Positions 8,429 to 15,179 of a stretch of DNA of 22,260 bases are shown here, piece after piece (position 1 is the first letter of the stretch; every line of letters begins with the position of its first letter). A program made the translations under genes and the position numbers. A model generated the notes under the pieces. It was not told where the DNA came from. It saw nothing but the letters and a program-made list of their open reading frames with translations, and did no database searches. Where the stretch lies: contig JBHEMM010000015.1 in assembly GCA_046262595.1 (NCBI GenBank), positions 1 through 22,260 of the forward strand, given 5' to 3'. This DNA comes from Vulcanimicrobiaceae bacterium. Its GTDB lineage: Bacteria > Vulcanimicrobiota > Vulcanimicrobiia > Vulcanimicrobiales > Vulcanimicrobiaceae.

Positions 8429-8821
8429 CTAAGCGGTCGCGAGCAGATCGACCTGCAGCGGATGCGCGAAGGGCCGCTCGGCGAGCGAGACCAGCGGCGT
8501 GAACGATAAATGGTTCTGGTGACAATCGATGAGCATCTCGATGCCGCGTTTCACCGAGCCGGTTTCCTGGACGTACTTATTCAACTTCTTCGTAAAGTAG
8601 CTGCGCGGGTCGCGCAGCACTTTGGCGTAATACGGATCGTCCGTCAAACCGTCCGCCGAGATGCCTTCTTTGGGAACGAGCCAGACGATCCAAGGATCTT
8701 CCGAATGACGGTAACCGATGAGCAGCAGCGGAATGGCGCGCGACGAATCGAGCGCCGGCAGAAAACTGCACATGGTGTACGCCTCGAACGAAACTTCACG
8801 CGGCGCAAGAGATACTTCCAT
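8429..8821 (-). CDS. Hypothetical protein (about 130 aa)
   Basis: GAGGT RBS 6 nt before ATG 8821 (alternative ATG 8824); natural composition; no family recognised with confidence. Confidence 0.7.
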   Translation of the reverse strand: MEVSLAPREVSFEAYTMCSFLPALDSSRAIPLLLIGYRHSEDPWIVWLVPKEGISADGLTDDPYYAKVLRDPRSYFTKKLNKYVQETGSVKRGIEMLIDCHQNHLSFTPLVSLAERPFAHPLQVDLLATA

Positions 8822-8839
8822 CATCGAACCTCAACGTGC

Positions 8840-8871
8840 AAAAAAACCGCAGGCGGTATGCCGTGCGGTTT
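8840..8871 (-). terminator. Intrinsic terminator directly upstream of the 8821 gene RBS (candidate attenuator)
   Basis: Minus strand AAACCGCA-c-GGC-ATACC-GCC-TGCGG followed by T7. Confidence 0.7.
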
Positions 8872-8923
8872 AGAGTGCGATGCCGTCCTTCCAACGATCC
8901 GGGACGACATCGAAGATTTTCAT
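8870..8923 (-). other. Candidate 17-aa leader peptide ORF / structured leader
   Basis: ATG 8923 gives MKIFDVVPDRWKDGIAL*; its stop sits at the foot of the terminator; contains an 11-bp hairpin (8878-8912). No SD is visible. Confidence 0.35.
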
Positions 8924-9075
8924 GAAGACCGATTCGGTGGTCCGGCGTGCCGACCTTTGCAAGCGGCCAAGGAAAAAGCAGCGCTGAGGGCTTAACTGAA
9001 ACCTTTATCCCGTGGTGCGGGGTTGGACGCCACATGAGCGTGCTCGCCGCACCACTCCTCGTCGGGGAGTTCACC

Positions 9076-9720
9076 GTGCCAGCGTCGGTCCCAAAGAAGG
9101 CGGCCAAGAGTTCGAACGGCCCACCGCGGACCGGGCACCCGCCTTCCGTGGAACGTTTCGATGTAATCGTGGGCGATTATCAGCGCCGTCTGTACGGATT
9201 CGCTTTGCGCATGACCGGCAACCGTGAAGACGCCGAGGAAATCGTCCAGGACGCGTTCGTGCGTGCTTACCGCGCGTTGGGCAAAATGGCTGCCGAACAG
9301 CGGGCCGAGCTGCGTTTGCAGCCCTGGCTCTACACCATAACGTTGAATGTCACGCGCAACCGGCTGCGCAGCAAGCGGCCCACGAACGTCGCGTTGGATG
9401 CGCTCGCCGACCCGGACGCTCTGCTGCGCGAAGCCTCCAACGAATCGCCCGTGCAGCCGGAAAAGATCGTGGAGCAGAACGCCGACATGGCTCTGGTGGA
9501 GCGGGCGCTGCTGCAGCTGCCGATGCACCTTCGGGCCGCTGCGACGCTGCGCTTCATCGAAGGGCGCAGCCATCCGGAGATTGCGGAAATCCTCGACCAG
9601 CCCATCGGAACCGTCAAATCGCACGTGCACCGCGCCGTGCGGATCTTACGGCGTATTCTCGGACCGCAAATCGGCAAAGTCGTGCCGGCCGCAGGAGCAA
9701 CGGTTCATGCGCTGCCGTGA
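9076..9720 (+). CDS. ECF-type RNA polymerase sigma-70 factor
   Basis: Region 2 (DAEEIVQDAFVRAY, WLYTITLN) and region 4 (EIAEILDQPIGTVKSHVHRA). Start placed at GTG 9076 after GGGGAG; ATG 9034 is an alternative. Confidence 0.95.
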   Translation: MPASVPKKAAKSSNGPPRTGHPPSVERFDVIVGDYQRRLYGFALRMTGNREDAEEIVQDAFVRAYRALGKMAAEQRAELRLQPWLYTITLNVTRNRLRSKRPTNVALDALADPDALLREASNESPVQPEKIVEQNADMALVERALLQLPMHLRAAATLRFIEGRSHPEIAEILDQPIGTVKSHVHRAVRILRRILGPQIGKVVPAAGATVHALP

Positions 9721-10444
9721 AGTCGAGGCGCTCTGGGACGAGATCCGCGAGGGCGATTCCTCGCTGCGCGACGCCGTCCACGCGCATCTGCGCCACTGCC
9801 CGCCCTGCCAGGACCTTTACGAGGAATACGAAGGCGTAGCGTACTGCCTCTCGTGCCTCGCCCCGCCGGCGCCTTCATGCGACTTGGCAAAAAAAGTGGT
9901 CGAACATCTCGCCTCGCTCAAATTCGGCGCCCGCACGGCGCCCGCGACGCTGACGCCGCTCGTCACGCCGATTGGCCGCGTCTATGTGGGCTTCAAAGAC
10001 GAGCGCATCGCGTTTATCGCGTTGGACCGCGGTGAAGACGCCGAAACGGTTCGCGCGCGCATCGAGCGCCGGCTGCGCCGTCCGGTTCGTTCCGGCGACG
10101 CCCCACCGTGGCTGACGCGCCTCTTCGATGAGTTCTTCAAAACCTGGCGCGTGGACGAGAGCGCCGTCGACATCAGCGATCTCACGCCGTTCGAGCAAGC
10201 CGCGCTCAAAGCGGCCGCGCAGATTCCGCCCGGCGAGGTGCGTTCGTATGCGTGGATCGCGCAAGCGATCGGCAAGCCGAAGGCGGCTCGGGCGGTCGGC
10301 CAGGTGATGGCGCGCAATCCCGTGCCGCTTTTCTTCCCGTGCCACCGTGTCGTCGATTCGACCGGGGCCTTGCACAATTACGGCTACGGTCTCGAGATGA
10401 AAGCACGTATCCTGAGCTTGGAGGGCTATCGCTCCGGCCGCTGA
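9707..10444 (+). CDS. Fusion of an N-terminal zf-HC2/ZAS anti-sigma domain and a methylated-DNA--protein-cysteine methyltransferase (Ogt/MGMT)
   Basis: ATG 9707 after CAGGAG, overlapping the sigma stop. C3-x23-H27-x3-C31-x2-C34 ZAS motif; TPIG strand, IPPGEVRSY, ARAVG, NP, active site PCHRV (Cys212), K..LSLEG. Confidence 0.9.
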   Translation: MRCREVEALWDEIREGDSSLRDAVHAHLRHCPPCQDLYEEYEGVAYCLSCLAPPAPSCDLAKKVVEHLASLKFGARTAPATLTPLVTPIGRVYVGFKDERIAFIALDRGEDAETVRARIERRLRRPVRSGDAPPWLTRLFDEFFKTWRVDESAVDISDLTPFEQAALKAAAQIPPGEVRSYAWIAQAIGKPKAARAVGQVMARNPVPLFFPCHRVVDSTGALHNYGYGLEMKARILSLEGYRSGR

Positions 10445-10464
10445 AACCCGGTGTGCATATTAGT

Positions 10465-10588
10465 CCGCGGCCACCCTCAGAGAGAGACAAAACGAGGGCA
10501 AACAGCGGGCGAAGGAGGTGGTCGTCGTTAGTACAGACAGTAGTAACATGATCGGAGGTGCCGCGCGTTAGCGCGGCACCTTTGTTTT
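10465..10588 (+). other. Structured intergenic element with an extended Shine-Dalgarno sequence and a short ORF (candidate sRNA or micropeptide gene)
   Basis: AAGGAGGTGGTC at 10512-10523; complementary GCGGCCACCCTC at 10467-10478; open frame 10518-10571; ends in a strong terminator. Confidence 0.4.
10556..10588 (+). terminator. Intrinsic terminator
   Basis: Perfect 11-bp stem AGGTGCCGCGC-GTTA-GCGCGGCACCT followed by TTGTTTT. Confidence 0.85.
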
Positions 10589-10633
10589 AGCCGCTCAAAG
10601 GTTTCACACCGAAAGCGCATAATTTTCGAGAAG

Positions 10634-11344
10634 GTGTCCAAGCACGTCCTGATTACCGGGTTCGAGCCGTTCGGCGGCGAGAAAATCAACCCGAGCGAAC
10701 TCGTAGCGCGCAGCCTTGAAGGGCGGCTTATAGCAGGCCGCCCGTTAGCCGTGCGCGTTCTACCGGTCGAAACGCGGAACATTGCCGAACGGATGCAGCG
10801 CGCAGTGGAAGAGTTCGCACCGGACATCGTCATCTGCACCGGTCAGGCCGGCGGACGTAACGCAATGGCGCTCGAGCGCGTCGCCGTGAACGTTCTGGAT
10901 TTCGATCAAGCCGACAACGTCGGCGTGATGCGGCGCAACGATGCAATCGTGCGCGGCGGCCCCGATGCCCGGTTCTCTCCAATGCCGTTCGCGGAAATCG
11001 TGAGCGCGTGGTCCGACAACGGCATACCGGGCTACGTATCGAACTCGGCGGGCACGTTTATCTGCAATCAAACTTTATACGAAATGCTCGCCATCGCCGA
11101 ATTGATGTCCCCGCCGATTGTGACGGGGTTCGTGCATATGCCGTATCTGCCCGCGCAGTCGGCGCTCATCGGCGCCGAAAGCACCCCTTCGATGTCGCTG
11201 GACCTGCTTAAACGCGGCATAGAAATACTAATCGAAACGGTTGTGCCGTGGGTCGAAAACCGCTCGGTGGAGCGGGGACCTTCGCGCGCCGCCAAGGGAC
11301 CGCAAGTCTGGATCCCGCGTGGAGTAAAGGAAGTAGAACGCTGA
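10634..11344 (+). CDS. pcp: Pyroglutamyl-peptidase I (peptidase C15)
   Basis: VLITGFEPFGGEKINPS; catalytic Glu (LERVAVN), Cys (AGTFICN) and His (GFVHMP). Confidence 0.95.
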   Translation: MSKHVLITGFEPFGGEKINPSELVARSLEGRLIAGRPLAVRVLPVETRNIAERMQRAVEEFAPDIVICTGQAGGRNAMALERVAVNVLDFDQADNVGVMRRNDAIVRGGPDARFSPMPFAEIVSAWSDNGIPGYVSNSAGTFICNQTLYEMLAIAELMSPPIVTGFVHMPYLPAQSALIGAESTPSMSLDLLKRGIEILIETVVPWVENRSVERGPSRAAKGPQVWIPRGVKEVER

Positions 11345-13059
11345 GCGACCCCCGCATCCCCGCCATCCCCGACGTGCACGGGCACGCAAAGGGCGAACAC
11401 AAGCCCTTTGCCGAGGAGCGCCCGATAGCATATTCGCCGCGGATGCTGTTCCTTTGGTTCTATCATGCGTGCAGACGCGGCGCGCCGCGCTTTCTGATGG
11501 TGAGCGATCACATCAACTATTTGACGTTCGAGGATCCGGGTGCGGTGCACACGGTGCGCCGCGCGCTCAAACTCGCCGAGGCCGGCGATCTCTATGGTGC
11601 GGCCGAGACCGCCGGCGTCGACGTCGCACATGCGGCCGTCGTTTCGCAAGGCTTGCGCCGCGGCATGCGTTTTTCGATTGGCGCCGAGCTCGATAACGAT
11701 CCGCGCGCAAGACCAGATGCGCAGAACATCGTGGATGCGATGCGGCCCGACGGAATGATCCGCGCCGTGCATTTTCTGACGATCGAACATCCCGAAAAGG
11801 GCGCCGATTACCAGTGGGCTTTCGACAATCCGGAATTTCGCGAGCTGTATGACGTTGTCGGCACCGAGCGCGTGTGGGATCTTTACGTCGCCAAACTGAT
11901 CGAGGACATCGAAAAACTTCCCGGCCATATCGTCGCGCACTTCTACGTCCCCGCGCAGTTCGGTCATTGGCCGGATCCTCAAAAACTCGAAGAATACGAA
12001 GATCGTTTGCTCGATGCATGCGCGCTGCGCGGCATGGCGGTCGAGTTTAATACGCGTTTCCTCTACCGTGAGAACGATCCGCAAGAAAAAGACCGGTACC
12101 GCGCCGCAATAGCGCGTCTCATGAAAAAGGCGAAGGCAAAAGACGTCGGCATCGCCATCGCTTCAGACGCGCACAGCCCCAAAGACCAAGGCAACGGCTT
12201 CAACGAGATTCTTAAATTGCTTGACGAAGCGAAAGTGAACGAGGTTGTCTTTCCCGTTGGCGGGCGTCTTGCCCGTGTTGCGCTGCGCGCGACCAAAGAA
12301 CATTTGCAGAAGGTCAAGGCGCAAGAGCCGGCGCCGCAAGCGGGAAGCAGTATCAGCGGTTTCAGCCGCGCCGAGCTCGGCTTGCCCGAACGCGACGAAG
12401 CGCAGGAACGCGTGCTCGCTGCCGCGGCGGCAGCCTCGAAAAAAGCGAAAGCAAAAGCGGCGAAAGCAGCGCCGAAGGTCAAGGTTCCCAAAGTCAAGGC
12501 CGAACCCAAAGCCAAAGCGCCGCCTAAATCCAAGCCCGAACCCAAGCCGAAGCTCGAGCCGAAGCCCAAGCCCGAGCCGAAGATCAAAGCTCAAGCCAAG
12601 CCGAAGCCGGAGCCTAAACAGCCGGACGTCAAGGCCAAGCCGCAGCCCAAAGTCAAAGCCGAAGCGAAGGCGAAAGCAGCCGTCAAAGCTGTGGTAAAAC
12701 TCGTGCCCAAAGCTGCGGCCAAAGCCGTGCCGAAGGCGAAAACGGCGGCCAAAGCGGTGAAAGCTGCGGCGTCAAAATTGGTGAAGCCCGCGGCTAAGGC
12801 GCTCAAGCCGTCTGCAAAGAAAGCCGCGCCCCTTAAAAAGATCGTGCCCGCCGCGCTGAAGAAAGCACCCAAGAAAGCTGCGGCGCCAAAAAAACCGGCC
12901 GCCATAAAGAAAAGCGCACCTGCTAAAACGGCAAAGAAGATCGCGCCCGCGAAAAAAAGCGGGACACAAAAGAAGACCGCCGCGCCGCTCAAAAAAGGCG
13001 CGCGCAGCGTTTCCACACCCAAACGGACGGTAACGAAGAAAACTACCAAGCGCCGGTAA
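11341..13059 (+). CDS. PHP-family phosphoesterase (HisJ/HisK-like) with a C-terminal Lys/Ala/Pro-rich histone-H1-like tail
   Basis: DVHGH, SDH, GAE, AVH, VAH, EFNT, SDAH metal motifs, then about 210 aa of KPEPK/AAKK-type repeats. Start uncertain: CTG 11341 proposed; GTG 11248 lies deep inside pcp. Confidence 0.85.
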   Translation: MSDPRIPAIPDVHGHAKGEHKPFAEERPIAYSPRMLFLWFYHACRRGAPRFLMVSDHINYLTFEDPGAVHTVRRALKLAEAGDLYGAAETAGVDVAHAAVVSQGLRRGMRFSIGAELDNDPRARPDAQNIVDAMRPDGMIRAVHFLTIEHPEKGADYQWAFDNPEFRELYDVVGTERVWDLYVAKLIEDIEKLPGHIVAHFYVPAQFGHWPDPQKLEEYEDRLLDACALRGMAVEFNTRFLYRENDPQEKDRYRAAIARLMKKAKAKDVGIAIASDAHSPKDQGNGFNEILKLLDEAKVNEVVFPVGGRLARVALRATKEHLQKVKAQEPAPQAGSSISGFSRAELGLPERDEAQERVLAAAAAASKKAKAKAAKAAPKVKVPKVKAEPKAKAPPKSKPEPKPKLEPKPKPEPKIKAQAKPKPEPKQPDVKAKPQPKVKAEAKAKAAVKAVVKLVPKAAAKAVPKAKTAAKAVKAAASKLVKPAAKALKPSAKKAAPLKKIVPAALKKAPKKAAAPKKPAAIKKSAPAKTAKKIAPAKKSGTQKKTAAPLKKGARSVSTPKRTVTKKTTKRR

Positions 13060-13069
13060 GGAGTCTCGT

Positions 13070-15133
13070 ATGGCGACGGACGTTTCCCGCGTTCGCAACA
13101 TTGGCATTGCAGGTTCGCACCACGCTGGAAAAACGACGCTCGTTGAAGCGATCCTGAATCACTGCGGCGCGCTCACGCGCAAAGGCGCCGTAACCGACGG
13201 CACGGCAACCACCGACTACGAACCGGAATGCATAGCGCACGCGCAATCGACCACCGTCGGCTTCGCGCACTGCGAATGTGCCGGAGGCGCGCATGCTCCG
13301 ATCGACATCACGCTCATCGACTGCCCCGGCTTCATCGATTTTTTCGAAGAAACGAAACTGGCTCTGGCAGGCTGCGACGCCGCGGTCGTCGTCGTCGACG
13401 GCGATCCGGCACGCGTGCAGCAAACGCGCACGCTGCTCGAATTCATCGAGTCGCGCAAGATGCCGCATCTGTTCGTCATCAATAAAATGGATCGGCCCGG
13501 TTCCGATTTCGGCGCGACGCTGGCGGCGCTGCAAGAGTCGTTCGGGCGGCACGTCGTCGCCGAACAATGGCCGATCGGCAGCGCGGAATCGTTCAAGGGT
13601 TACATCGATCTGGCGGATCGCAAAGCGTATGCCTACGAAGGCGCAAGCGTGAAGGAGGTCGCGCTGCCGCCCGATCTCGCAGAGCAAGTCGAAGTCTCGC
13701 ACGGACAACTGCTCGAAGCGATGGCCGACTTCGACGATCACCTGATGGAAGAGCTGCTCGAAGGGGCGGAGCCTGCGCCGGATGAGGTGCAGAACGATCT
13801 GTGCGCCGAGTGCTCGCACGATCAAATCGTACCGGTGCTCGCCGCTGCGGCTCTGCCCGGATACGGCGTGCCTGCGCTGGTGCACGCGATCGAAAAGTGG
13901 TTTCCCTCGCCGCTTGAGAGCACGCAAGCAGACGCCGAAGGGCGCCCCGTCGAGCCGAAAGCCGATGCGCCGGTGGTCGCGCAGGTGCTCAAGACGATCG
14001 TGCATCCGCAATCCGGCAAGCTTTCCGTCGTTCGCGTGCTCAGCGGCACGCTCAAGGCCGATGCGACACTGACCAACATTTCAAAAAACAGCGAGCGCGC
14101 TCGATCGGGCGGGTTATATCGTCTGCACGGAAAGAAGCAAGAAGCGGTGCAGCAGGCGGGGCCTGGAACGATCGTCGCGATCGCGCGGCTTGAATCGGTT
14201 GCAACCGGCGACGTGCTCACCGAAAACGGTCATAAGGTGCTTCTGCCGCGCGTGGCGCAAGCAGAACCGGTGTTCGGCGTAGCGATAAGACCGAAAGATC
14301 GCATGGACGAGGCAAAGATCTCGCAAATGCTTGCGCGCATTATCGACGAGGACCCGGCGCTTCGTTTGGAGCGCGCTCCGATCACCAACGAGCTGCTGCT
14401 TCTGGGCAGCGGCGAACAACACGTCAATATCGCCGTCGAGCGTTTGACGCGCAAGTTCAAAGTCGAAGTGCTCACGGCTCCCCCGGCAATTCCTTATCAG
14501 GAAACCGTCACATCGGGCACGGAAGTGCACTCGCGTTACAAGCACCAGACCGGAGGCCACGGGCAGTTCGCCGACGTGAAGCTGCGGTTCGCACCGCGCG
14601 AACGCGGCAGCGGCATGGTGTTCGACGAACAGATCGTCGGCGGCGTGGTTCCGCGGCAGTTCATCCCCGCCGTAGAAAAAGGGGTGCGTGAGGCGCTCAT
14701 GCGCGGAACGATCGGCGGTTATCCGGTGACCGACATTCACGTCACGCTGTTCGACGGCGCCTATCACGATGTCGATTCCAGCGAGCAATCGTTTCGGACC
14801 GCTGCGGGCATGGGTGTTCGCGACGCGCTTGCGAAATGCAATCCGGTCGTGCTCGAGCCGATCGTGCGCGTCTGGGTAACCGTGCCGGCCGCATACACGT
14901 CCAGCGTCATCCAGCAACTCAGCGCAAAGCGTGGACAAATTTTGGGAATGAATCCGGCAGAAAAACCCGCTCACGACATCATTGAAGCGCATGTCCCGCA
15001 AGTGGAGCTGGCGCGCTACATCACCGAATTGCGGACGGCGACGCAAGGCCTTGGCACCTACGGCTGGCGCCACGAACGCTTCGATCCGGTCCCCGGCAAA
15101 TGGAGCGGGCCGAAGGCTGCTGCCGGAGCGTAG
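13070..15133 (+). CDS. Elongation factor G-like protein (EF-G2 paralogue)
   Basis: G1 GSHHAGKT, G3 DCPGF, G4 NKMD; EDP, GEQH, KHQTGGHGQF, YHDVDSS, LEPI; TAAGGAG RBS; not in the rpsL-rpsG-fusA-tuf operon. Confidence 0.93.
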   Translation: MATDVSRVRNIGIAGSHHAGKTTLVEAILNHCGALTRKGAVTDGTATTDYEPECIAHAQSTTVGFAHCECAGGAHAPIDITLIDCPGFIDFFEETKLALAGCDAAVVVVDGDPARVQQTRTLLEFIESRKMPHLFVINKMDRPGSDFGATLAALQESFGRHVVAEQWPIGSAESFKGYIDLADRKAYAYEGASVKEVALPPDLAEQVEVSHGQLLEAMADFDDHLMEELLEGAEPAPDEVQNDLCAECSHDQIVPVLAAAALPGYGVPALVHAIEKWFPSPLESTQADAEGRPVEPKADAPVVAQVLKTIVHPQSGKLSVVRVLSGTLKADATLTNISKNSERARSGGLYRLHGKKQEAVQQAGPGTIVAIARLESVATGDVLTENGHKVLLPRVAQAEPVFGVAIRPKDRMDEAKISQMLARIIDEDPALRLERAPITNELLLLGSGEQHVNIAVERLTRKFKVEVLTAPPAIPYQETVTSGTEVHSRYKHQTGGHGQFADVKLRFAPRERGSGMVFDEQIVGGVVPRQFIPAVEKGVREALMRGTIGGYPVTDIHVTLFDGAYHDVDSSEQSFRTAAGMGVRDALAKCNPVVLEPIVRVWVTVPAAYTSSVIQQLSAKRGQILGMNPAEKPAHDIIEAHVPQVELARYITELRTATQGLGTYGWRHERFDPVPGKWSGPKAAAGA

Positions 15134-15179
15134 CGAACAGCGCCCTTTCCTAACCCGTATGATGTGGAGGTCACGACTG

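Noticed and set aside
8997..9026. Autoregulatory ECF promoter TGAAAC...GTTG upstream of the sigma gene (TGAAAC also at 10442, GGAAAC at 5185)
   Set aside because: Plausible but unsupported: the spacing is atypical and the three sites share no -10 element. It needs motif discovery across homologous loci.
9347..9706. Extended N-terminus of the ZAS-Ogt ORF as given by the track
   Set aside because: It overlaps the sigma gene in another frame; ATG 9707 has an RBS and begins at the ZAS domain.
10494..10520. c-di-GMP-I riboswitch suggested by GGGCAAAC
   Set aside because: The following GAAA-capped stem and GCAAA element are not present.
12420..13059. Lys-rich region as foreign DNA or a DNA tandem repeat
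   Set aside because: The A-richness is explained by Lys codons in a continuous ORF, with varied codons and no fixed nucleotide period.
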